In this document: positions 28,010 to 40,564 of the stretch, piece by piece | Layout of the letters: every line of letters begins with the position of its first letter | Position numbering within the stretch: the stretch's first letter is position 1 | Source: Selaginella moellendorffii | Taxonomy: Eukaryota; Plantae; Lycopodiophyta | Length of the DNA stretch: 64,000 nucleotides | NCBI RefSeq assembly: GCF_000143415.4 | Contig: NW_003314279.1 | Coordinates: 274,734 to 338,733 of the forward strand | Direction of reading: 5' to 3' | Position numbers and translations under genes: made by a program | Notes under the pieces: model-generated | The model's database searches: none | What the model saw: only the letters and a program-made list of their open reading frames with translations | What the model was told of the DNA's origin: nothing

Positions 28010-28180
28010 GTATTTATGCATTGCTGATAGCCTTGAGCTTGAGCAGTCGTGACACCTGCTTGAAATAGAGGTCAACTGTTTGCTTACAGTGCCTCAAAGC
28101 TGTGCCAAGATGTGGTTTAAGGAAGGATGGCCTTGATGAGCCAGAAGCATATATCATGCTTTCAAACCTTTACACAACTA
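28010..28180 (+). pseudogene. PPR E-domain remnant
   Basis: EPEAYIMLSNLYTT* resembles the E-motif end. Confidence 0.4.
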
Positions 28181-29677
28181 ATAGATCTTGTTTGAGATGT
28201 TTTCATGTACAACTTTGGCCACTACAATCTTAGTATGTTGTGAGTGCTAGCTTTGATAGCATTTTGGATGCTGGAATTTTTTTAAAAGATTTTTAAGGTG
28301 TTATGATAATTGATAAATGATAAATAATTATGTTAATTTCTTAATTATTCATATTAAGATTAAGAGTGACAGAGCCTTATTAAAATTCATAAATTTTATG
28401 ATAAATTCAAAGAAAATTAAGTTTTTCTGCTAACTGAAAAAATTTATTAGATCTTGTAGCACTTCAACATTACTTTAATAATATATTATAAAAGACAGAA
28501 TAGAATATAATAGTGGTTTTCTATATAAGGTTTTTTAATTAATGACGGATACAAGCTTGTTCTTGAGCTCAAATTGCCTACCTACCCCACTTTAGCTAGA
28601 ATGCTATAATGAGCAATGTTTCTCCACACAAATTAGCTAGCTATGGAACATGTGGCTAGAGGTCTTATATCAAATCTATCAAATGAGTCCATGAGCAAGA
28701 GAGAGCTATCCATGCTCCCATTTCCCTTGATTATGTCTAGTGATAGAGGAGAGAGTTATAGTGTTCTCTGCTGGATATGAGTGTGCTGTAAATGCATCTT
28801 CACCAGTTGCTACTCTCTATCACTAATAAGGAAATTTTAATGTCCTTTGAAATGCATTATTATTAAAATTTTGTCTGCCACCTTGAGGCCATGACTTGGT
28901 ACTTATTAGGAGAGTATAAATGTGGTGGCAAAGGTCCTAGTGCCATGATCTGAGCCACTAGGAACAGTTGATCTTATATAAATTTAAATTTTTATAAATA
29001 CTATATAATGCATCTTAGCCATTGATTATATTATAAGATTTAATCTCAGCCATAAGGAAAATAATATTCTAAGAATGTCCTCAACAATTTTCAAACTAAA
29101 AATAGATTTTTACTTAAATTCAAAAGTATAAGTTTATTATATTTTAAGATACTGTTTAATATAAAAATATAAAGATAATTATAAATAAATTAAAATTAAA
29201 TAAATCTTGAAACATTATATCGAAAAATCAAAAGATAAAAAATTAATAAAGAAATTATCAAATAAAGTTTTTACATATTATTAAAAGAAGTTTTAATTTA
29301 CATAAGCATGAACCTTACCAAATCATGTTTAAAGAAACATAATAAAAATAAAACTAGAAATATTAAGTGATTAATTATTATAAATATTCATTTAGTATGC
29401 AAATGGCAAATAAAGGCACTAGAGATGGCTTCGTATTAAGGTCAGAAGCTAGAGCAATAGGAGAAACTGAACAATGTGGGAACTAAAAAGGCTAACCATA
29501 TAAGTGGTGGAGAGACTTTGTTAGCAAACGTGGCAATAAGTATTAAGTTTAGTTGATGCCTTTGAATTTAATCTTGAGGCCTTGGATCTACATATCCTTT
29601 TTCTTACCCGATAGATCCTCTAGGAGAGGACTTGGTGGCCCAAGAGGACTTGTCAAGGGTGCCCTTCACTCTTTGAA

Positions 29678-29777
29678 NNNNNNNNNNNNNNNNNNNNNNN
29701 NNNNNNNNNNNNNNNNNNNNNNNNNNNNNNNNNNNNNNNNNNNNNNNNNNNNNNNNNNNNNNNNNNNNNNNNNNNNN
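29678..29777. other. Assembly gap (100 N)
   Basis: Run of N. Confidence 1.
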
Positions 29778-30019
29778 TTAGAAGGACTTATTAATACGTA
29801 ACTTGTGATACCTACATATTGGCAACAAAGGAGGTAAAGGTGATCAACATCTAGGCCACCACACTAATATAGTTGACATTCTGCCAAAGGTAAAACCTCT
29901 TACACTGTGTTGCCATATTTGTTTAGACATACTCCTTATCTTGTAGATTTTCCATTGCCCCTAATGGGTTAGTGCATTCTTCTACTTGAAAAGGAAAAAA
30001 ATAAAATAAAATAAAGTGA

Positions 30020-30423
30020 TATATGACTATAAATCCCTATATCTATTAGGCAACTTTATCATAAAAGGATAAAAATTTTCTAAGAATATTTTTAGCATGC
30101 TCTACCCATAATATAAAAGATCTATCTCTAAGAAAAATCACTCCAACTTCATTGTAAGCCAGATATACTTCGTATATATCTTCTATGGCTTCTATAAAGT
30201 CAACACATGTGCCTCCATGAAAATGCTTAGAAAAATGCCTAGGGTACAAATTCTAAAAGTATAAGTACTAGGCCTGAAACAATTTAAAGCAAATTGGATC
30301 CAAAATAATGATGTACAATTACAGTAATCTCCAATATTAGTTCCAATTTTAAGTTTAAATACAAAGGATAGATGGTGATCAAAATGATTTTGCATATTGA
30401 ATGAGTATTACTTTTAGTTCCAT
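30020..30423 (-). pseudogene. Degenerate paralog of the small secreted protein at 34316
   Basis: atggaactaaaagtaat start; TNIGDYCNCTSLFWIQFALN...HFHGGTCVDFIEAIEDI...LRDRSF; deletion in the signal peptide, frameshift. Confidence 0.85.
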
Positions 30424-32439
30424 AACTATATTTTAAATATTATTAATTATAATATATAGAAGGAATTAAAACAGCTTAACTTTTGATTATATGTTTTGAC
30501 CTTTTTTACTTACATATTTTATATTATTATAAAATTTTAATTATTAAATTATATTTTATTAGTTAATAATTTATTTAATATAATACACAAAGTCAAAATT
30601 CAATCATAGTGTTTATATTTATTGAAATAATAATTTATTAAAGTCTTAAAAATCTAATATTTCATCCTAATAATAACATTTAAGGATATAAATGCTTGGG
30701 TTATGGGAATAGATATATTAATAGTGGTTTAGACCTTGCTTATATACACGAATGGATAAACTAAATTCCTTTCCAAATAGATAATCCATATGTTATATTA
30801 CTATGTATTACTAGTGTAGAGCAAAAGCAAAAAGATAATCTTAAACACTAAGCAAAATACTCAAAAATCTTTACTTTTACAATTTATAGTACCCCTCACC
30901 TCCACCAATATAAGTGCTCAACATATGAGAATAAGTATATTCATTGAGATTTAACATCCTACTTATATAAAGAAATAAATTTAGTTCTAAATGGACTGTT
31001 TATATATTGTACTACTATAATTAGTATATTAATTCTAATACATACATACATACATGTATAGAGAGAGAGAAAGAGAGAGAGAGAGAGGACAAAATTTATA
31101 AGGATATTAAAAAAAACATAAACTTAGCTACAACGTTTTAGAATTTTTTAAAAATAAATAGAAGTTCAAAATGTTCAAAGCTTTTGAAGTTTTACAACTT
31201 ATAAATGCTAATAATCCTTTTTAACTTACAAAAATGCAGCAGCCACTATTATTATTCAACACTATCTTAAAGAAAGAACTATATAGCTTAATTTACTATG
31301 TGTTACATTGCAATAATACCATATTTTCTTATTTATAATTTATATATTTTTTATATAGATTATTTTATTACCTTTTATCCAGATAAAATCTTTTATTTTT
31401 CTGTATTACTTAGGGTTTTTTAGTATTTTTAAATTTATTTTTTTATTATTAGTTTTTTCTTGCTTTTTATGTGTTTCTAGTAATATATATGATATTGCTA
31501 ATATTTATATTTTCAAATATTCTATTTTTTCTGATTTTTATGTGTATTTATAATATTGCTATATGTGTATGTTCACTTATATATGTTTTTATATGCTATA
31601 ACAAATATTTTACTTTAAAATAATCATCCTAATTGTTTAGAGTATGTGTTCTTTATAATGATCCTAATTGTTTCTGTTATCCTTCAAGAAATATTACAGA
31701 CTGAAGTTATGAAGAATCTTATTCTTACTAAATAATATGAATTACATGTGTAATAATGAAAAACATTCTCGAGATATTCTCAGAGAACAAATAGTTTGTT
31801 TTTTGAGCCAACCTTTGGCACTCAATCTTTGCCACCCAGTCCAATTTCCATCGACATCCTGATTGGGACAAGCCAATTCTAAGATTTTTCACTCCATGAT
31901 AGGAGGCACCTCTTAACTCAAGGATGCCGAGACAACAAGCTATAGCAGTCAAGACCAACTTTGATGCTGAAGCGATCGGGCAATGCATGGCATTGGCTAT
32001 CAACCTAAATTCATTGGTCTCATATTTCTTGGGTTTGGGGGAAACCATATAAATAGTTACACTATATTATTATAGGTGCATTGATTTTTTTCATTATGAT
32101 GGATTAATTATTTAACTTTTTTTATGTGTCTTAAGTTCTAAATTTATTAATTTATTTAGATAATTTTTTTTTACTATTTTTTTAACATTCTTATTAGCAA
32201 TAAAGCTTTTAACTCTTAGATTTTTTTTCAACTGTTTAATGTGGGGCTTGCATGCAAGGATGGCCGTGCATGGAAGAACTCTTGATTCACACCACCTCTT
32301 CTAGAGAAATGCTTTGGAAAGGTGCTCTTCTACGCTTGTGCTGCCAGAAACTTGTGGAGAATCCCAGTGAGTTTCACGCATGAAGTGATGCATTGCATCA
32401 CTGATGCTTAATTATATACAATCTTCACCGACCTATACT

Positions 32440-33060
32440 AATTTCCATTATTCTTGTCACCTGCCTCAGACATTTAAGGTAGGCTTTCCATCCTTCCTTA
32501 GCTTAGTTGAAGGTGAAACCCATTCACATGTTTATGAGCATTCTTGTCTGCAAGTCCATTGATAAAGTACTCTACATGCAACTTTTCAAGCCAGTTTGCG
32601 ACTCAAGCATACTCTCATATGTACTTTTCCAAACTTTTAGTGTTGGCAGCCAATATTCATGTCATGATGAACACAACCAAACTCTTTTGAGATACAGTAA
32701 TGGCCCCAAACGATATCATCATGTTTGTCATGGTCTTCATGCTTAGGATCATCTCATGCTTTGGTAACCTCCTTGTTATGAAATTACAAAGCCACCAAAC
32801 CATAACCTATGGAATAGACTTTTCTACTCACCACTTGGTTCTACTCACAAAGCCCATGGAACCCTAAATCTTCCTATATTTGTCCTTAGTGTTGATGCCA
32901 CATAATAAGCTTATAGAGAGTATAGGCTATCAAAAATCTAGTGCAAATCAAGGCCAAGTCCTTGAAAACCTTGAGCTTTCAATTGCCATTGCTGCTTGAG
33001 GGGAGTTTCTTAACATGTTGAAGCATTTCTTATCGAGGTCTTCTAGAGAAATATAACCAC
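32440..33060 (-). mobile_element. Possible decayed retrotransposon gag region
   Basis: Stop-riddled coding-like island with LHVEYFINGL gag-like motif. Confidence 0.3.
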
Positions 33061-34315
33061 TTACATTGGTGGAAATAAAGGGCATTGCAATTTGTACCTA
33101 AAGGGAAAAACTTTTTAAGAGTGCTTTGCTTTAATGTTTGGGACTGTGTTTTTTGTTCTTATTTCTTCATTCTTTTTTAGATTTAGATTTGTATTAGCTT
33201 TTTGCAAGATTTAGAGTTCTAGTTATCTCTGTGCTTAGATTTGCTCTTCCTTTTGATATTCATTGCATTCTCTTCTTTTGCCATGCCACACCATCACTAC
33301 ATAACAATGCATGGGAATTGAATTTCGTTTAACTTAAAGGATAGTGTGAAAGGGCCCTAAGTTTACCTTTTAAATCAGTAGCATTAGATTGATCAAGTTC
33401 TTGGAGGAACAAAATGACAATAGCCTTTGCAACCAGTGACTTTCTCCCTACTCATGCCTACTGACTATAGCTTTCACTCTAGGCCTAGCAAACTCCAGAC
33501 CACATATAGCAAAGAGCTTTGCAACATATAATCCATTTTTCTCCATTTCTTCCTATGATGTGATGAGGTAGGTAGTCTAAGGAAGGGAGAAAAATTATTT
33601 AAGCTTTAAATGCATTTCCTTATTTCCCCATTCCATATCTAAAACTTCTTTTCAATGGTTTCTTCTTTTACTTTCTCTTTTTTTTGTGTGAATTTTTAAC
33701 TCTTTACCTTGATGTCTTAAAAGTTTTATTCTTTGGATGAGGGGGTAGAGGGGACAAATGAGAGCCCCACCTTTACAATGAAGTAAGGAAAAGTGATAAA
33801 GAAAAATTACAAGTAATTTTGATATCATTTATTTTTAGTGTATCTTTCCCTTTAAACAGAAATGGATTAACAATCACTTATTTATTTATCCCATATGTTC
33901 AAAATATGGTGACAATATATCTAAATCTCATCATTTAATTACATATCTTATAAAATTATCTTTTGGCAAATATCTTGTAAGTTGTAGCTAATTTAATGTC
34001 AAATTATTTTAATAATTTTTTTATTTCATGATTGAACATTCTTATTTGCAATGAAAAATTTAATTAGACACTTTAATACTTCAATAAAAGTATCTGTGTG
34101 AATGTAATTTTGAAATTATTTAATTTTAACTTTTTACATAGGATTATTAAGTTTAAAACAAGCTAATAGTCAACCAGGAAATAAAATGATTGAGTTTGAA
34201 TTTTTATACCAATTATAAAATATCTAACTAATAAGGCCAAGAGATATATTCAAATTTATTTTGTTTATTCCTTCCTTCTATATAAACTCCATAATAAAAT
34301 TACAATTATAAAGTT

Positions 34316-34777
34316 ATGGAACTCAAAGTAATCCTATGCAATTCTATCTTGATATTAATGCTCATCCAACAAGCAAAATCTTATTCAGCACCATCACTTC
34401 AAGATTGTATTGACACTTTTTACATTAGAACTAATGTTGGAGATTATTGTAATTGTGCATCATTGGTTTGGATCCAATTTGCTCTAAATAGATTCCAGCC
34501 TGGTAGCTATTCTTATGTAATTGGCACCTTAGGCATCTTTCTAACGATTGGCAGGTTTCATGGAGGCACACGTGCAGACTTCATAGAGGCCATTGAAGAT
34601 ATCTGGGAAATATGTTTAGCTCACAACGAAGGTGGAGGAGTGATTGTACTTAGAGATGGATCTTTTATGTTACGGGTAGTGCATGCTCGAGAAGACTTAA
34701 CAATATTTTCAGAAACTATCAAAGTAAATAATCCTTTCATAATGGAGTTGCCTGATAAATGTAGGGATCTACCATGA
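34316..34777 (+). CDS. Orphan small putatively secreted Cys-containing protein (153 aa, intronless ORF)
   Basis: Hydrophobic N-terminus ending AKS|Y, TATA at 34279-34286, open frame in very AT-rich DNA, two decayed paralogs in the window. Confidence 0.7.
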   Translation: MELKVILCNSILILMLIQQAKSYSAPSLQDCIDTFYIRTNVGDYCNCASLVWIQFALNRFQPGSYSYVIGTLGIFLTIGRFHGGTRADFIEAIEDIWEICLAHNEGGGVIVLRDGSFMLRVVHAREDLTIFSETIKVNNPFIMELPDKCRDLP

Positions 34778-35034
34778 TTGTACACATTTGCTTTTAAGCC
34801 TTAAATCTAAACATCTCTTTACTTTCTTCTCAGAACCACTAGATTCAAAGCTGACGAGCTAGCAACGTACCGTTTGCACGAGAGAGAGGTCGGAGACAGT
34901 CTGCGCTGAGACGTGTAGAAAACGCATAGAATGTCGGGAAATCGGATATACATTCCTTTCTCGTACAAATGGTGTTCTCCTCAATTTATCATTCACAATA
35001 ACGCACACGCTGACAAGCGGCTATGGATCTGGAT

Positions 35035-37155
35035 TCACGATCTGGGGAGCAAGAAATCCAGATTTGCGATTGAATATGTCCAAACAGCAAGTGTAGCAGC
35101 ACAGTGTTGGAGTTGCCTCGGCGAAAGCTTGTCAACTGTGTCAGATTGGGTATGGTGATACCTTTGCGTAAACACGGACAAGTGAGTAGAGGAGAGCTGG
35201 AGATAAAATTGACATACCAAAAGTATCCACTAGTTCCAAAGTTGACGTCTGGATATGGAGGATTGCTGAAGGTTTTGCACGGATTGTTTGATAGGCTCCC
35301 AACCCGTGGATCCAGAGTCACTAGGCTTCCACAAGGAACTCCAGCATCACACTGAAAATATGTATATCATCTCGGTGACAAGAAAAACAAGACATGGAGA
35401 TGCTTACCATGGGTGAAATGTCCGTCCCTATGCTCTGTCCACTGACATTTCCGGATCCAATCCCCGCCAGAAAAGCTTTTCCGATCTAAAGAGGCATTTT
35501 ACGAAGTTGCAGAAGTTCTTCTTGAAGCTGTAGTTACTGTACCTGTTCCAGAATGGACCGTGCAGCTGCGGAGCCTTGAAAAGAAATTCCCAATGGAGTG
35601 AAAGTTCCTTCGTCAGACTCAATGGCTATACTCGTCCTGGTTTCATGATAAGAAGAACAGGAAGAAGAGAGGCTGAGACTTACAACTTCGACTCATGCTT
35701 GTGGTTAAGGTAGTATTGCTCAGCACCTTTTGCACCATTTTCTTCATTCACAAATAGCACTGCTCGAAGCGTACGGCGTGGCCTTAGCTTTAGCTGGTGA
35801 ATAAGTCGCACCACCTGGAAAATCCAAATGGAATCAGCTACAATATGCTCCGTAAAAGAATAAAGAATACCTCCCAAGAAACAAATGCTCCCCCAGCATC
35901 ATCCATTGCACCGTCTGCAATGTCCCAACTGTCCATATGGCCTCCAAAGACGACCACCTCGTCCGGTTTTTCTGCACCTTTGATCTCCACGATCAGGTTT
36001 CTGGAAGGAACATTGCAAGTTTCATCAAACGAAATCAATAGAACCGGAAGTGACATACCGCGAAGGCTTGTCAGTTAACATATGAGCCTGCAACGACGCA
36101 TTTCATATATACTCAGAATGAAGTTTCTAAGACTTTTACCTCCATGTAAAACTCGATGACAATCTCTTGGCCTCGAGCTTGCATTCTTGCTAGCATTCTA
36201 GAGTCTTCCACGGATATCGCAGCAGATGGTATTCCAGTAGTTCTAGTGGCACCGGTGTGAGGAGTCTATAAGAAAGAGCTATGTTAATTCACAAAATTTC
36301 CTCTTAAAGAAATAATCACCTGTAAACCATACGGTGTCATTGAGTGAACGAGAGCGGCAACAGCACCATAGTTTTCGGCCCGTGTCGCTCCTAGTGTCCT
36401 GTACTTGACAGTGTTTGAGTAGCCTTGATCAAAGTTTACATTGTAGACCACGATCTTTCCTGTTCAAATGTGATTTCCTCAAGGATAAAAGAACCGAAAA
36501 AAGTGGACTGGTCTTTCAGTTTACCTTGCACGTCACTGGCTCTTTGATCAAGTTCTTGGAAGGACGAAACGACGATGGCCTTTGCAACCAATGACTTCTT
36601 TCCCGGCGTGCCAACGCTCATGCCTAGACCGACCATATGAAGCTCCTTCACTCTGGGAGATAAAAGCCTAGCAAACTCCCGGCCACGTACCCAGGAAGGA
36701 ACCATTACGTGCTCTTCAACGACAGATAATCCATCCTTCTCCATCTCTTCCTGCGATGAGGGAGGTTCAGATTAAGCAAGGAAAAGAAAAAAGAGAGAGA
36801 AAGGCTTACTCTTGTCCAATCTAGAGCTTTCTCGAGAGCATCGGAGCCACTGAAGCGAGGTCCAAACGTATCAGTCATGTACGCAATCCTCTCGTAAACA
36901 ATACTAAAGCCATCGTGAAAATGAGAAAACCTGGCCAAAGAAAAGAAGGCACTCACTCGGAAGAGAATGCCGCATCGATAATGGCATCGGCATCGTCCTT
37001 GGCCTGGGGCGGAAGCAATGGCGTCGCTTCCGGTCGCCGTGGTAGCACTTGGGTATGCTGCGAATGGCGCCAGCAATCAAGATCAAGAACAAAGGAAAGC
37101 CGATTGAGCTTACAGTCACCAGCACGAGGATGGCGACCAAGAGCCAAAGCGCCAT
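35035..37155 (-). CDS. CPQ: Carboxypeptidase Q / plasma glutamate carboxypeptidase-like M28 metallopeptidase (multi-exon)
   Basis: Signal peptide; DTFGPRFSGS, VPSWVRG, TPHTG, GGHMDSWD...GAMDDAGG, FVNEENG, IESDEGTF, YHHTQSDT. Confidence 0.85.
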
Positions 37156-37648
37156 CGCCACAGGAAGAACTAAACCCTGCCACAGTGAAGGCCTGCAAGG
37201 AATAAACAGAACCGCGCGCCACTGGATTGGACGGCCCACATTTGCGCGGAAAATTTGAAGTTTACATCACAGGAAATAAAAAACCTTTACGTTTGGTTAT
37301 TAGTACGGCATTGTCTAACCTCCCTGTGTACGGAAGACAACAACAACACGAGACAAAGATATCCTTTTCGATCTTCCGTGTATGATGTGTCTGGGCATCG
37401 ACATCATTCCGGGACCAGCGAAAGAGCGAGAAAAGAGTATCGATAATTTTTAGATGCCACTGCGCTGTTCACTGTCAGTGGAGACGCGAGACAAGGCAAT
37501 CGAAAAAGCCGAGAGAAAAAAAAAAGAGAGAAAAGAGCTTCCGCCTTCCACTTACCTCCCGCAATATCGTCGTCAAAGCGCTTTGCGTCGGTGGCTGCTA
37601 AAGTACCTCTAGTGTGGTCTCGTTAGTTGTGGACTCTCCAAAATTTAA

Positions 37649-39958
37649 TCATAGCACGGGGTACACGCAAGATCCATAGCCTGTACAACGAACACCAATA
37701 TATTTAGTATCAAAAGCAAACCAACAAGAAACTCGGAAAGATCAAACTGACAGAGAACACTAAAAGAAAACCAAGTAAACAATGACAACTATAGTTAGTA
37801 TCAAAAGCAAACCGACATGAAACTCGGTAAGAACACTAAAAGCAAACCAAGAAAACAGTGTTAATCCTAGTTAGTATCAATAGCAAACCCACAAGAAACT
37901 CAGTAAGATCAAACTGACCGAGAACACAAAAAGAAAACCAAGAAACAATGGGGACTATAGTAATATCAAAAGAGCAAGATCAAACTGAACGAGAACACTA
38001 AAAGAAAACCACAGACAAAAAACAAACTCAGTAAGATCAAACTGACCGAGAACACACCAAGGAAACAATGGCATCTATAGTTAGTATCAAAAGCAAACCA
38101 ACAAGAAACTCAGCGAACACTGAAAAAGAAACCAAAGAAACAATGAAAACGATCGAAACTTACTTGGATCCACGCTGGTCAGCTTGGCAAATCCGTTGAA
38201 GGCGCACGTCCCGCCGGACCTCTTCATCTTTTGCCAGTAGGAGTTGAAAGCGTACGAGGCGTGGAGCCTGACGAGGTTGGGAAGATAGCAGGCCTGTCCG
38301 GGCTGGATTGCCGCGCAGTCGGCCTTTCCCCCTCCGCACGCGTAGTCGATCGCGTCTTGGACGTCGGCGGTGCTCACGTAGTCGGCCTTTGCGACGCACC
38401 ACTGCCCCTGCCTGGACGAGTTTCCAGTGGAAAAGTTCCCCGGAATCGCTGCTTGGGGGAGCGCTGGCACCTGGGAGGCGTTTGCCTTTGGAGATGAAAA
38501 GTAGGACGACGACGACGTAGCCGCCGGGGATGAAGGTGCTGCTGCTGCTGTTGACAGAGCCGGATACTTATCCACGGGAGTCTTCCCGGTTAGATCGATG
38601 TCGTAGACTTTGCTACCGTTTGGATACAACAGCCCCCAGTTTCGCTCTGTCGCGGCACCCGGCTTTTGATCCTCGTTGAACAGAGCAAAGATGTAAGTGT
38701 CGATGAGCCTTCCGGGTCGTCTAGGAGTGCCGTGGTTCTTGTTCTTCCTGTTCTTCCCGAGAATTCGTAGAACCAGCCTCCTGTTGTAATCGGCTGCATT
38801 GGCAAGCGAGGCCCCGACGGAGCCTCTGCTCGGCCACCCGGTCTCACTTATAGAAACCTGGACGCCACCATAGCCGAGCTTGGTCATTGCGACAACCAGC
38901 GCGTCCAGCTGCGCGTCCAGGAGGTTGTCGTAGTGCATGCCGGAGGGATCCTCGGCCTGCGAAGCATTCGAAGACGGCCCTCGAAAGAGCGCGTAGTCGA
39001 GCGAGATAGTCAGCTGGTCGTCGAGCCATGCAAAGTATGGGTAGACGTTGATGAAGAACGGGCTCTGCGTCGTCTCCAAGAACTTGAGCATGGGCTGGAT
39101 GATGGTGTCGGAGACGTCGTCTCTAAACGCTCCCTCGGATGGAGGGAACGAGACCTTCAAGCAGTCGATGGCGAGGGACGTGGTGACTTTGATCTTGCCG
39201 TGGCCCAGCCGCTGGAGCGAAGAATGCAAATTCTCCATAGCCGGGACGAGCTTGCTCCACACCGTTTGCCTGAGGGAGAGGTCGGAGAGAATCTCGTTGC
39301 CAACGATGGCGGTCTCGATCTTGGTGGCGGGGTACGCTGCGACGTTCTGCTGGACCCATTGATCCGAGAAGTTGGAAGAGGCGGCCATCTGCTCGATCTC
39401 CTGGTTGGTCACCATGATCGCCACGCGGAGATTCGTGCTCTGGAGCGCCTTGAGGACGTCGGGATTGGCGTCGTAGATCTTGACGCTGCGGATCTTGAGC
39501 GACTGGAGGAGCTCCACGACGCGGGCGGGCGGGGGGAGATTGTCCGCCACTCGGCCATAGTTGATCCCGATGGCGTGCTGCTGCTGGTCGTCGGCGAGGA
39601 GCACGGCGAAGACGAAGGACACGGCTGGAAGAAGGAATTCCCCACATCAGTACCAAGAAAGCTGCTAGAATATCGATGCGATGGGGAGCCAAAGAGAGCT
39701 GGAGCGTAGAAAACGCATAGAATCTCAAGAAATCCTCGAGCGAGGAACCGATGCTCGAGTGTGGAGGAAGCGAAACACTGAGACAAGGACACGAAAGGGG
39801 AGAATGCGAGAAGAAATGCGAAGACCCCAGCGAAGAACTAGAAAGAACTCTTGCATACCAATGCTGGCGACGAAGAAGAGCACGACCATAGCCACGGCGA
39901 GCATGATCGAAAGCCCCGTCCCTGGCCGCCGCGTCGCCGCCTTCGCGTGCCTCGCCAT
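37649..39958 (-). CDS. Glucan endo-1,3-beta-glucosidase (GH17 + X8/CBM43); exons 39859-39958, about 38164-39624, 37649-37680
   Basis: Signal exon; IGINYGRVADNLP, VGNE, ISETGWPS, FALFNED, ERNWGL; X8 WCVAK...DPS|YGSCVYP*. Confidence 0.93.
37700..38150 (+). repeat. Degenerate tandem repeat (about 70-95 bp units) in the last glucanase intron
   Basis: Recurrent tagtatcaaaagcaaacc, aagatcaaactgac-gagaacac and aaagaaaaccaag blocks. Confidence 0.8.
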
Positions 39959-40564
39959 TGCTGCCGCAGCGATCCCGACGCCGTCGCCAGATCTTCACGT
40001 CCGGATTCTCATCCTCGGCCTCTCCCCAGAATGTAGGATTAGGGCTCTCTCCCCCCTCCTTCCTCACTTAACCGCCATAGCCAGGGAGCTTGATTGCTTC
40101 GCTTCCTCGCCTCCTCCCCCCTATACGACAGCGAGAGTAGTATTGTACAAAACCCAGTGCCAACTCAGCGGCTGCGGCCAATCACAGCAGCAGACACGTG
40201 GCGGGAGCTTACAGCTCGGATCTTTTTTCTTCGTCCGTACAGCCTCCATGTCCACGGATCTCTCTCTGTGGCCTCTCTGAGATTCCTCCCGTGGAAATTT
40301 TTCGTCTTTGTCAAGGCGGAGGACCCATTATTGCTGTGTGAACATCAACAATAAAGAGCGCAAAAACAATAAAATAAAATAAAGCATGACAAATAGATTA
40401 AAAAAATTATAAAAAAACACACACACACACATACAGTGACGAGACGCGGGGAAAGCTTACGCAAGAAAATGGACAAGCTCGTCGCCGAGAAAGCCTGGAA
40501 AACAAAACGTTCGTTCGGTGCTGGTTGGAAGGAAAATCAATACTGCGAGCGCTACGTACGACCT

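Noticed and set aside
31728-32048. 106-aa ORF in a moderate-GC island
   Set aside because: No recognisable motif; probably a TE or gene fragment
34833-35030. Possible second exon of the orphan gene after a pyrimidine tract and AG
   Set aside because: Tested frames hit stops quickly; paralog homology continues through the unspliced ORF end; the region is likely overlapping 3' UTRs
37700-38150. Possible CRISPR-like array
   Set aside because: Eukaryotic intron; degenerate tandem modules with no unique spacers
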